Shown: positions 1 to 7,958, counted from the first letter of the stretch. The stretch is 64,000 nucleotides of DNA from Gemmatimonadales bacterium (GCA_040877595.1 JBBDNM010000063.1:6735-70734), one strand, 5' to 3'. Made by a program: numbers and translations. The notes: a model not told the origin generated them from the sequence alone.

Positions 1-160
1 GGCGCGGATCAACGAATCATGCTTCGAGTGGCTCGACGCGCCGGTCAAGCGCGTCACGGCCCATGACGTGCCGCTCCCGTACGCGCCGACCCTGGAAGAC
101 TATGTGCTGCCGCAGGTCGGGGATATCGTGCAGGCCAGCCGCTGGCTGCTTCGGTACTAG
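1..160 (+). CDS. 2-oxoacid (pyruvate/branched-chain) dehydrogenase E1 component beta subunit, C-terminal end (5' part lies outside the window)
   Basis: Reading from position 2 gives ...FEWLDAPVKRVTAHDVPLPYAPTLEDYVLPQVGDIVQASRWLLRY, then TAG at 158-160. This is the typical tail of the transketolase-like C-terminal domain of E1 beta. An E2 gene follows at 647. Confidence 0.7.
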   Translation, partial: ARINESCFEWLDAPVKRVTAHDVPLPYAPTLEDYVLPQVGDIVQASRWLLRY

Positions 161-166
161 CGATCG

Positions 167-544
167 TCACGTTCCGCGGGTCAGGTGCCGGCGAAGGGCC
201 TGCAACCCGGCGGCGTTCGTAACCACGCTGCACCAATGCCCCGTCCCAAACGCCTTACGGCTCCACGGTGGCAGGAGGCGCCCCTTCCGCAGGGCATCCC
301 CGAGGTCGGCCTTGAGTCGTTCCGCGAGGACGTTTCGACCCAGATCCACCGGAACTTCGATGAGCACCTGAACGCCGTCCGGACGCACCAGCACCGCATC
401 CGCCACCCACCCCCGGCCGGCGCAAACGGCCAGAACCTGCCGCTCGCAGAAGCGTGCTGCCGCCGCTATCTTGAACAGGCGTCGGTTGCGGTGCGTGGCG
501 AGCGTGACGTGGCACCATTTGGTGGCCGGTTGAACGATCGGCAT
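167..544 (-). CDS. IS200/IS605-type Y1 (HUH) transposase homolog with degenerate catalytic motifs (probably inactive or domesticated)
   Basis: The 125-aa ORF has GC3-rich codons. It is collinear with IS200 TnpA: TKWCHVTLATHRNRRLF matches TKWnCKYHIVFaPKYRRqvF; VRPDGVQVLIEVP matches cPDHIHMLLEIPP (HUH becomes G-V-Q); LKADLG matches LKGKSS; HWCSVV matches FWCRGYY (the catalytic Tyr is lost). Confidence 0.45.
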   Translation of the reverse strand: MPIVQPATKWCHVTLATHRNRRLFKIAAAARFCERQVLAVCAGRGWVADAVLVRPDGVQVLIEVPVDLGRNVLAERLKADLGDALRKGRLLPPWSRKAFGTGHWCSVVTNAAGLQALRRHLTRGT

Positions 545-646
545 GCCTCACGGTAGGGCCCTCGCTGCGAAATACCGACCCAAATTCACGCGTGACCGGA
601 TCAAAATCGCGGCCGTGAACGGCCAGCTTGAGGAGAGACCCGCCGA

Positions 647-1993
647 ATGTCCCGCATTGACGTGATCATGCCCCAGATGGGCGAATCCATTGCCGAAGGT
701 ACGGTCTCCAAGTGGCTCAAGAAGGTGGGGGAAACCGTCAAACGTGACGAGCCACTCCTCGAGATCTCGACCGACAAGGTGGATGCGGAGATCCCGGCTC
801 CTGCGGCGGGCGTGCTGGTGGAAATCAAGGTCCAGGAAGGCCAGACGGTCGAGGTCCAGACCGTTGTAGCGATCATCGATTCGGAAGCGACCGCGGGCGC
901 GACCGCGCCTGCCAAGGCCGATCCGCCCAAAGCCGACGCGCCCAAGGCGGAGGCTCCGAAGGCGCCGCCCGCAACACCGGCTCCGGATCTCGCGCCAGCG
1001 CCCAAGCCCGCCCCCAAGGCCGATACGCCGAAGGCGGCCGCCGGCACCATGGAAGAACGGCTCCAGTCCCGCTCCACGCCGCTCGTACGGAAGATTGCCG
1101 CCGAGCACGATGTGGATATTGCGAACATCGCGGGCTCCGGCTACGCCGGGCGGGTGACAAAACAGGATATCCTCGCGTTTATTGACGGCGGGGGTGCCAA
1201 GGTCCCGGTGGTGCGGGGGTCCGCTGCCCCTGCTCCATCCGGGGGGAGGAGCAGTGGGGCGGTGCTCCATCCCGAGGTCGCGCCCTGGCCAGGCGACAGT
1301 GTCGAACCCATGAGCAAGATGCGGAAGCTCACGGCCGACCACATGATCATGTCGCGCCGCACGTCCGCGCATGTCACGAGCTTCTACGAGATTGACTTCA
1401 CCAAGATTGCCGGCCTGCGGCACCAGAAGAAGAAGGAATACGAGGGTCGTGGCGCCCGGCTGACCTACATGGCGTTCATCACCAAGGTGATCGCCGATAA
1501 TCTCCGCAAGCACCGCGTCCTCAACGCGTCGGTGAGCGGCGACACCATCATCTATCGGAAGTCCATCAACATTGGCATCGCCGTCGCCCTCGACTGGGGC
1601 CTCATCGTTCCTGTCATCCGTGGCGTGGACGAACTGTCGGTGCTCGGCATTGCCAAGACCATGCATGACCTCGCCGACCGCGCGCGCGCCAAGAAGCTGG
1701 TGCCCGATGAAGTCCAGAAGGGTACGTTCACGATCACGAATCCCGGGGTGTTCGGCTCCTACATCGGCACCCCGATCATCAACCAGCCGCAGGTCGCCAT
1801 CCTCGGCGTAGGGGCCATCGAGAAGCGGCCCAAGGTCATGACGCTCGACGATGGCCAGGACGTCATTGCGATTCGTACCATGTCCATGTTCTCCATTGCG
1901 TACGACCACCGCATCGTGGATGGGGCCGACGCCGATCGGTTCATGGCCGACGTGAAGCGTGACCTGGAAGCGTTCCCCGAAGGAGCCCTCTGA
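647..1993 (+). CDS. dihydrolipoamide acyltransferase, E2 component of a 2-oxoacid dehydrogenase complex
   Basis: It has an N-terminal lipoyl domain (EISTDKVDAEIPAP), an Ala/Pro linker, a subunit-binding domain (STPLVRKIAAEHDVDIANIAGSGYAGRVTKQDI) and a catalytic domain with DHRIVDGADADRF. A GAGGAGAG Shine-Dalgarno (SD) sequence lies upstream. Confidence 0.95.
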   Translation: MSRIDVIMPQMGESIAEGTVSKWLKKVGETVKRDEPLLEISTDKVDAEIPAPAAGVLVEIKVQEGQTVEVQTVVAIIDSEATAGATAPAKADPPKADAPKAEAPKAPPATPAPDLAPAPKPAPKADTPKAAAGTMEERLQSRSTPLVRKIAAEHDVDIANIAGSGYAGRVTKQDILAFIDGGGAKVPVVRGSAAPAPSGGRSSGAVLHPEVAPWPGDSVEPMSKMRKLTADHMIMSRRTSAHVTSFYEIDFTKIAGLRHQKKKEYEGRGARLTYMAFITKVIADNLRKHRVLNASVSGDTIIYRKSINIGIAVALDWGLIVPVIRGVDELSVLGIAKTMHDLADRARAKKLVPDEVQKGTFTITNPGVFGSYIGTPIINQPQVAILGVGAIEKRPKVMTLDDGQDVIAIRTMSMFSIAYDHRIVDGADADRFMADVKRDLEAFPEGAL

Positions 1994-2265
1994 TGGTCCG
2001 ACCTTTGGATGTGGACGGCGCGCGGTGGACGGTGGGCCTCACCGGGCGCGTCACGCCTTATGACGCTGATGAGTTTGCGCTCGTGTTTGAGCACGGCGCC
2101 GGGCCGGATCGCCTTCGGCGCGTGGCCCGCTTCTCGCCCACCGGCTCGCGACGCCGGGCCGCGGCGTTGACGGAGCTGTCGGATGCGCAACTGCTCGCAC
2201 TCTTTCGGGTTTCGCAACCGGCGGCGACCAGTCCCGAGACGAGGTACCGCCGGGCGGAGGCCTGA
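1993..2265 (+). CDS. hypothetical protein (90 aa)
   Basis: The ATG overlaps the E2 stop (ATGA), which suggests coupling. Codon third positions are GC-rich. I recognise no family. Confidence 0.45.
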   Translation: MVRPLDVDGARWTVGLTGRVTPYDADEFALVFEHGAGPDRLRRVARFSPTGSRRRAAALTELSDAQLLALFRVSQPAATSPETRYRRAEA

Positions 2266-2268
2266 GCC

Positions 2269-3117
2269 GTGGGACGCGTGGATCTGCACGTTCACTCCAC
2301 CGCGTCTGATGGCGAACATCCCCCCGACGACGTCGCCCGCCGCGCCGCCGCCGCGGGACTCTCGGCGATGGCCCTGACGGATCACGACACAACGGACGGT
2401 GTCGTCCCGGCCCAACAGGCCGCACCGCCGGGCCTCACGATCATTGCCGGATGCGAGTTCTCCGCCGCCGCACCGTGGGGCGAGATGCATCTCCTGGCCT
2501 ACTTCCTGCCCGTCATCTCAGCCGACTTGCAAGGTTTTCTGAGCACCCAACGCGCCCACCGCACCGAACGCATGCAGGGAATCGTGGATCGCCTGGGAAC
2601 CCTCGGCCTGGCGGTAACGTTGGATGACGTGCGGGCGGAAGCCGGATCCGGGGCCTTGGGCCGTCCGCACGCCGCGCGCGCCCTTGTCACGCGGGGCGTG
2701 GTCGGCCATCTCCAGGAAGCCTTCGACCGCTTCCTTGGCCGGGGCCGCGGTGCCTATGTTCCGAAGGTGCTGCCGGACGTGGCGGAGGTCACCGGCTTGG
2801 TGGATCGGCTGGGCGGGGTCACGTCTGCGGCCCACTTGGGCGCCGGCGCCACGGACGAACACGTCCGGTGGTTGCGCGAGCAGGGCGTCACGGCGATCGA
2901 AGTCGTCCACCCGGCGCATGACGAGGCCCAGCGCCGACGCATTCGCCAGCTGGCCGACCGTATGGGCCTGCTGCCAAGTGGCGGATCCGACTGGCATGGG
3001 GTCTCACAGGAGCAAGGGTCGCGCCGCGCGCCGCTGGGCGGCCTCGACGTACCCGACGTCTGGCTGCACCAACTCGAACGCGCCCGCCCCGCGGGCCAGG
3101 AGCGCCAACACGCATGA
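2269..3117 (+). CDS. PHP-domain phosphoesterase (TrpH/YciV-like)
   Basis: The N-terminus VDLHVHSTASDGEHPPDDV...ALTDHDTTDG is the PHP metal-binding signature. The start is GTG. Confidence 0.85.
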   Translation: MGRVDLHVHSTASDGEHPPDDVARRAAAAGLSAMALTDHDTTDGVVPAQQAAPPGLTIIAGCEFSAAAPWGEMHLLAYFLPVISADLQGFLSTQRAHRTERMQGIVDRLGTLGLAVTLDDVRAEAGSGALGRPHAARALVTRGVVGHLQEAFDRFLGRGRGAYVPKVLPDVAEVTGLVDRLGGVTSAAHLGAGATDEHVRWLREQGVTAIEVVHPAHDEAQRRRIRQLADRMGLLPSGGSDWHGVSQEQGSRRAPLGGLDVPDVWLHQLERARPAGQERQHA

Positions 3118-3557
3118 GCGATGTCGAACTGATCAAGGCGGGCGCCCCGGCACCTGACTTTGTCCTCGAAGGCTCGGACGGGCGGGAGTACCGGCTGCGG
3201 GATCTGTTGGCCAAGGGCCACGTCCTGCTGGCGTTCTATCCGGGCAACGATACGCCTGGCTGAAACCGCCAACTCTCCGCCGTGCGCGATGAGATGGCCA
3301 TGTATCGAGAGCAGAACGTGCAACCGTTCGGGGTGAACCCGGCGTCCGTGCCGAGCCACGAGCGCTACGTCACCAAGTTCAAGTTCACGTTCCCGCTGTT
3401 GTCCGATCCGGAACGCGCCGTGTCGCGGGCGTACGGCGTGTTGAAGGCGGACGGCAAGGGCATTCAACGCAGTGTCGTGCTGATCCATCAGGACGGGACG
3501 GTGGCTTTTGCGCGACGCGGGGCGCCCGGTCCGGACGAGAGCCTGGTCAGTCTGTGA
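3114..3557 (+). CDS. BCP/PrxQ-type peroxiredoxin with in-frame TGA (3261-3263) at the peroxidatic Cys codon; candidate selenocysteine protein, otherwise a pseudogene
   Basis: ATG 3114 overlaps the PHP stop. The upstream part, the TGA and ORF 3282..3557 share one frame. The joined product ...HVLLAFYPGNDTPG[TGA]NRQLSAVRDEM...FPLLSDPERAVSRAYGV... aligns with Bcp over its full length, and the TGA falls on the C of PxxxTxxC. Confidence 0.6.
3268..3298 (+). promoter_or_regulatory. candidate bacterial SECIS-like hairpin downstream of the in-frame UGA
   Basis: Pairings are GCCA(3268-71)/TGGC(3295-98), TCTC(3274-77)/GAGA(3291-94) and CGC(3278-80)/GCG(3286-88). The apical loop is CGTGC. The hairpin starts 5 nt after the TGA, and the loop sits about 18-22 nt after it. 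Confidence 0.35.
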
Positions 3558-3588
3558 AACTTCCTGAACGTCTATCGAGGCTGTGACG

Positions 3589-4551
3589 ATGTCTGAATCT
3601 CATTCGAACGTCTACGATACCATCATCATCGGCGGCGGTCCTGCGGGCATGTGTGCGGCCATGTACGCCGGCCGCGGCATGCTGAACGCGTTGCTCATCG
3701 AGCGCGGTCTGCCCGGCGGTGAACTCCTCAATACGGAAAAGATCGAAGACTATCCTGGCTTCGAGAGCATCCTGGGGCCCGAGTTGGCCCGCAAGATGGC
3801 TGATCACGCCCGCAAGTTCGGTGCCGTATTCGTCACCGACACGGTAGACAAGATCACCAAGCGTGAAGACGGCGACTTCGACGTCACGACCCAGATGGAC
3901 AAGACGTACCGGGCGCACACCGTGATCGTGACGGCCGGCGGGACACCGAACAAGCTGGGCGTGCCCGGCGAAAAGGAGTACGCCGGGAAGGGCGTGTCGT
4001 ATTGCGCCGTCTGCGATGGCGCCTTCTTCAAGAACGAAGTGCTCGCCGTGATCGGTGGCGGTGATGCCGCCGTCGAAGAGGCGGACTTCCTCACGCGCTA
4101 CGCCAGCAAGGTGTACGTCGTGCATCGGCGCGACACCCTGCGCGCGTCCAAGCTGCTGCAACAGCGAGCGCAGAACAACCCGAAGATCGAGTTCGTTTGG
4201 AACAAGGCCGTGGAAGCGATTGTCGGCGAGCCCTCAGGCGTCAAACACCTGCGGCTGGTGGATACGGTCACCAACGCGTCCACGACGCTCGATGTGGGCG
4301 GCGTGTTCATCCTCATTGGGTTCACGCCCAATTCAGGCATCATCGCCGATCACTTCGACCATGATCCGATGGGCTACATCGTGACCGACACCCACATGCA
4401 GACCTCTATCCCCGGCCTGTTCGCCGCCGGTGACCTGCGCGTCCAGCTGACCCGCCAGATCACTACCGCGGTCGGCGACGCGACGACGGCGGCGATCGCC
4501 GTCGAGAAGTACCTGGCCGAGCGCAAGGAGGCGGCGGCGGTTGGCGCTTGA
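3589..4551 (+). CDS. trxB: thioredoxin-disulfide reductase
   Basis: It has the FAD motif YDTIIIGGGPAGMCAA, the redox-active CAVCDGAFF and the NADPH motif VIGGGDAAVEEA. ATG 3589 has GAGG 8 nt upstream. An alternative GTG start lies at 3583. Confidence 0.93.
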   Translation: MSESHSNVYDTIIIGGGPAGMCAAMYAGRGMLNALLIERGLPGGELLNTEKIEDYPGFESILGPELARKMADHARKFGAVFVTDTVDKITKREDGDFDVTTQMDKTYRAHTVIVTAGGTPNKLGVPGEKEYAGKGVSYCAVCDGAFFKNEVLAVIGGGDAAVEEADFLTRYASKVYVVHRRDTLRASKLLQQRAQNNPKIEFVWNKAVEAIVGEPSGVKHLRLVDTVTNASTTLDVGGVFILIGFTPNSGIIADHFDHDPMGYIVTDTHMQTSIPGLFAAGDLRVQLTRQITTAVGDATTAAIAVEKYLAERKEAAAVGA

Positions 4552-4564
4552 ACGGCGTTGCCTG

Positions 4565-5188
4565 ATGAACGGCAGTTTTCAGGAGAATTGCTGGTTGCTG
4601 ATGGACCGGGAACGCCGGAAAGCGGTGCTGGTGGACCCCGGGGAAGACGCGGACCTGTTGCTCGAGGAACTCCGCCGCGAGCGCCTGACGCTCACCGCGA
4701 TCTGGCTGACCCACGCCCACATTGACCACGTGCTCGGCGTGCCCGGCGTTCGGGAAGCCACCGGTGTACCGATCTGGCTGCACCCGGCCGACCGCCCACT
4801 CTACGACGCCGTGCCCCAACAGGCAGCGATGTTCTTCGGCGCGATCGTACCACCGCTCCCACCGCCGACCGACACCTTGCGTGACGGGCAAATCCTGACC
4901 TTCGGCGGCACCGCGTTCACGGTATGTCACGTTCCGGGGCATAGTCCCGGCCATGTGGCCTTCGTGACGGAGGGCGTCGTGTGGGGTGGCGATGTGTTGT
5001 TTGCCGGATCGGTCGGTCGGGTGGACCTGCCCGGCGGTGACGGCGCGGCCCTGATGCAGTCCATCGAACGATCGTTTCTCACCTTGCCCGACGATACCGT
5101 CGTTTGTCCCGGACACGGACCGGAAACCACGATTGGCCATGAGCGACGCACCAACCCCTTCCTCACCGGCGCCGTCCGCCTCGTCTGA
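4565..5188 (+). CDS. MBL-fold metallo-hydrolase (hydroxyacylglutathione hydrolase/GloB-like)
   Basis: It carries the motifs WLTHAHIDHVLG and GHSPGH, plus a C-terminal GHGPETTIGHER. ATG 4565 is preferred over the TTG at 4541, which overlaps trxB. Confidence 0.85.
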   Translation: MNGSFQENCWLLMDRERRKAVLVDPGEDADLLLEELRRERLTLTAIWLTHAHIDHVLGVPGVREATGVPIWLHPADRPLYDAVPQQAAMFFGAIVPPLPPPTDTLRDGQILTFGGTAFTVCHVPGHSPGHVAFVTEGVVWGGDVLFAGSVGRVDLPGGDGAALMQSIERSFLTLPDDTVVCPGHGPETTIGHERRTNPFLTGAVRLV

Positions 5189-5300
5189 ACCGCTGCGATG
5201 CCTGCGGTGCGGGCATCCGGTGGTGTCGCGGCCCTGGGGGTGCAAGCACCCGTGCAGCAACTGCGGCTTCGTGTATCCGCTCGGTGATTGCTCCGATTAG
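5139..5300 (+). CDS. possible small zinc-ribbon protein (53 aa, below the ORF-track length cut-off)
   Basis: The ORF runs from ATG 5139 to TAG 5298-5300 and encodes MSDAPTPSSPAPSASSEPLRCLRCGHPVVSRPWGCKHPCSNCGFVYPLGDCSD. It has CxxC...CxxC spacing, and codon third positions are strongly G/C in the non-overlapping part. The start codon is uncertain. Confidence 0.35.
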   Translation: MSDAPTPSSPAPSASSEPLRCLRCGHPVVSRPWGCKHPCSNCGFVYPLGDCSD

Positions 5301-5309
5301 ATTTGCCCC

Positions 5310-6713
5310 ATGACCGACACCCGCATCGAACGTGATCCGCTCGGCGAGTTGCCCGTACCGTTGTCTGCTCTGTACGGCATCCAGACCGAACGCGCCCGCC
5401 TCAACTTCCCGATCTCCGGTCTGCGACCCCGCGCCGCGTTTGTCGACGCGATGGTCTGGATCAAGAAAGCCGCCGCCCTCACCCACAAGGACACCGGCCG
5501 ACTGGACGCGCAACGCGCCGACGCGATCGTGGCCGCCGCCGACGAAGTGCTGGCCGGCATGCACCGGGACCAGTTTGTGGTGGATCCATATCAGGCAGGG
5601 GCCGGCACCAGCCACAACATGAACACGAATGAGGTGCTCGCCAATCGGGCGAACGAAATGCTCGGCGCCAAGCGCGGGGCGTACAACCCCGTGCACCCGA
5701 ACGATCATGTCAACATGGCACAGAGCACCAACGACACCATCCCGACGGCCATTCGCCTGGCCGCGCTGGCCCTGCTGCCCGCGTTGCTCGAATCGCTGGA
5801 CCGCCTGGCGGCGGTGCTGCTCGACCGCGGGCGGGCATTCGATGCCATCATCAAATCGGGACGGACGCACCTGCAAGACGCGACGCCCATCCGGCTGGGG
5901 CAGGAATTCACCGCCTACGGCCGGTCCGTCGAGCGTAACCGGGCGAAACTGGCGGAGGCGGCCGAGTGGTTGCGGGAACTCAACATCGGCGGGAGCGCGG
6001 TCGGCACCGGCTTGAACGCGGAACCCGCGTACGCCGGACTCATGGTCAAGCACCTCAAGGCGATGGTCGGCGTGGACCTCCGGGAAGGGAAGGACAAGGT
6101 CCAGCTCATGCAGTCCATGGGCGACCAGGCCTCCTTCAGCGCCGCGCTCCGTACCTACGCGATGGATCTTGGCAAGATTGCCGACGACATCCGCCTCATG
6201 GCGTCGGGCCCCCGCACCGGGCTGAACGAGATCACCCTCCCCGAGGTGCAGCCGGGCTCGAGCATCATGCCGGGCAAGATCAACCCGTCCATTGCCGAGA
6301 TGGTGAACCAGGTGTGCTATCAGGTGTTCGGGAACGACACGGCGGTGGCGGCGGCGAGCAAGGCGGGTCAGCTTGAGTTGAACGTCATGATGCCGATGAT
6401 CGCCCACAACATCATCCTGTCCATGGAAATCCTTGCCAATGCCAGCCGCGTGTTCGCCGACCGCTGCATCGCGGGCCTCGAGGCCAATGCGGAGCAATGC
6501 GCCTATTGGCTGGAACGGTCGCCCGCGATCGTGACGGCGTTGGCCCCCAAGATCGGATACGCGGAAGCCGCCAAGCTCGCCAAGGAAGCCGTGGCCAAGG
6601 GCGTCACCGTGCGCCAGTTGGTGACCGACAAGGGCCTGCTCTCGGCGGCGGAGTTGGAGACCATATTGGACCTGCGGGCGATGACCGAGCCGGGCGTGCC
6701 GGGAGCGCGCTGA
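5310..6713 (+). CDS. aspA: aspartate ammonia-lyase / class II fumarase family enzyme (AspA-like)
   Basis: It has the family signature GSSIMPGKINP. QSTNDTIPTA and VNQVCYQVFGNDTAV resemble AspA more than FumC. The family call is firm; the substrate call is less so. Confidence 0.85.
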   Translation: MTDTRIERDPLGELPVPLSALYGIQTERARLNFPISGLRPRAAFVDAMVWIKKAAALTHKDTGRLDAQRADAIVAAADEVLAGMHRDQFVVDPYQAGAGTSHNMNTNEVLANRANEMLGAKRGAYNPVHPNDHVNMAQSTNDTIPTAIRLAALALLPALLESLDRLAAVLLDRGRAFDAIIKSGRTHLQDATPIRLGQEFTAYGRSVERNRAKLAEAAEWLRELNIGGSAVGTGLNAEPAYAGLMVKHLKAMVGVDLREGKDKVQLMQSMGDQASFSAALRTYAMDLGKIADDIRLMASGPRTGLNEITLPEVQPGSSIMPGKINPSIAEMVNQVCYQVFGNDTAVAAASKAGQLELNVMMPMIAHNIILSMEILANASRVFADRCIAGLEANAEQCAYWLERSPAIVTALAPKIGYAEAAKLAKEAVAKGVTVRQLVTDKGLLSAAELETILDLRAMTEPGVPGAR

Positions 6714-6721
6714 CGACGACG

Positions 6722-7855
6722 GTGGCGCTCCCCAACGAGGCCGTTCGGCGCTACGCCCGACACCTCACGCTGCCGCAGCTTGGTGAGGCAGGCCAGGCGA
6801 AGCTCATGGCCGCCCGCGTGCTCCTCGTGGGTGCCGGAGGGTTGGGCTCGCCGGCGGCCTTGTACCTGGCGGCGGCGGGTGTCGGGACTCTCGGGATCGT
6901 TGACGACGATACCGTTGACGAAACCAACCTCCAGCGACAGATCCTCCACGGCACGAGCGCCATCGGCCGCTCCAAGCTCGACTCGGCGGTCGCCCGACTC
7001 CGTGATCTCAACCCGCTGGTCACCGTGGAGCCGCACCCGGCGCGGCTGACGTCCGCCAACGCCCTCGAGATCGTGGGCGCCTACGAGGTCGTGCTGGACG
7101 GCAGTGACAACTTCCCGACCCGCTATCTCGTCAATGATGCCTGCGTGTTCACCGGCGTACCCGACGTGTACGGCGCGATCTATCGGTTTGAAGGCCAGCT
7201 TAGCGTGTTCGCCGCCGAGGGAGGGCCGTGTTACCGGTGTTTGTTCCGGGAGCCACCGCCACCCGAATTGGTGCCGTCGTGCGAGGAGGCCGGTGTACTC
7301 GGCGTGGTGCCCGGTGTCGTGGGGTCGTTGCAGGCGCTGGAAGTGATCAAGCTGGTGGCGGGCCTCGGGGCCCCACTGATCGGCCGACTGCTGTTGTTCG
7401 ACGCGTTGGCCGGTGCCACGCGCGAGATGGCCCTGAGCCGCGATCCCGACTGTCCGGTCTGCGGTGATCACCCCACCATTACCACGTTGCAGGACTACGA
7501 ACTGTTCTGCGGGATGCCTGCACACGAAATGTCACGCACGGAAAACCTCAGTCCCGCAGGGCTGGTCGCGCGCCTCGAGGAACCCGCGCCTCCCGTGCTC
7601 ATTGATGTGCGCGAGGATTGGGAATGGGGCCTCGGTCACCTTCCCGACGCGTTGCACGTGCCCATGGGACAGCTGCCCAAGCGCCTCAACGAACTGCCGC
7701 GCGACCGGGACCTGGTGCTGTACTGTCACCACGGGTCGCGCTCGTACCGAGCGATGGAGTTCCTGCGGCAGATGGGCTTCGACCGCGTCGCGCACCTGGA
7801 CGGTGGCGTGGCGGCATGGGCGGATGAGGTGGATGAGGGGATCGGGAGGTACTGA
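6722..7855 (+). CDS. MoeB/ThiF-type adenylyltransferase fused to a C-terminal rhodanese domain (MoeZ/MoeBR-like sulfur-carrier activating enzyme)
   Basis: It has RYARHLTLPQLGEAGQAKL, the nucleotide loop LLVGAGGLGSP, CYRC...CEEAGVLG, and a rhodanese active-site loop YCHHGSRS. The start is set at GTG 6722, after the aspA stop; the ORF-track start at 6497 is a shadow extension. Confidence 0.85.
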   Translation: MALPNEAVRRYARHLTLPQLGEAGQAKLMAARVLLVGAGGLGSPAALYLAAAGVGTLGIVDDDTVDETNLQRQILHGTSAIGRSKLDSAVARLRDLNPLVTVEPHPARLTSANALEIVGAYEVVLDGSDNFPTRYLVNDACVFTGVPDVYGAIYRFEGQLSVFAAEGGPCYRCLFREPPPPELVPSCEEAGVLGVVPGVVGSLQALEVIKLVAGLGAPLIGRLLLFDALAGATREMALSRDPDCPVCGDHPTITTLQDYELFCGMPAHEMSRTENLSPAGLVARLEEPAPPVLIDVREDWEWGLGHLPDALHVPMGQLPKRLNELPRDRDLVLYCHHGSRSYRAMEFLRQMGFDRVAHLDGGVAAWADEVDEGIGRY

Positions 7856-7862
7856 CGACATC

Positions 7863-7958
7863 CGAATGTCGAACGTCGAATGTCGAATGTCGAATGTCGA
7901 ATGTCGAAGTGATCCCCGTTCGTCATTCGTCATTCAACGTTCGTCATTCGTCATGCGG
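7863..7958. repeat. heptad-periodic inverted-repeat element, copy 1: (CGAATGT)7 - ATCCC - (CRTTCGT)6
   Basis: The left arm spans 7863-7911: CGAATGT, CGAACGT, CGAATGT x4, CGAAGTG. The right arm spans 7917-7958: CGTTCGT, CATTCGT, CATTCAA, CGTTCGT, CATTCGT, CATGCGG. The arms are reverse complements except for one position per heptad. The element lies between the moeB-like stop (7855) and the 3' end of tRNA-Leu (7969). Confidence 0.85.

Noticed and set aside
3114-3557. Plain pseudogene interpretation of the interrupted peroxiredoxin
   Set aside because: I have not fully rejected this. It seems less likely because the single interruption falls exactly on the catalytic Cys codon, is a TGA, is followed by a hairpin, and both halves remain intact. 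Deciding needs the sel gene inventory of the genome.
5186-5300. Stop-codon read-through or selenocysteine extension of the MBL hydrolase into the Cys-rich peptide
   Set aside because: The CxxC peptide is in a different frame. The MBL frame after TGA 5186-5188 reads TAAMPAVRASGG... and stops at about 5276. A simple read-through fusion is therefore impossible.
7863-7958. Possible CRISPR array
   Set aside because: The units are 7 nt long and directly tandem, with no spacers. The two blocks are inverted relative to each other, and no cas genes are present in the window.
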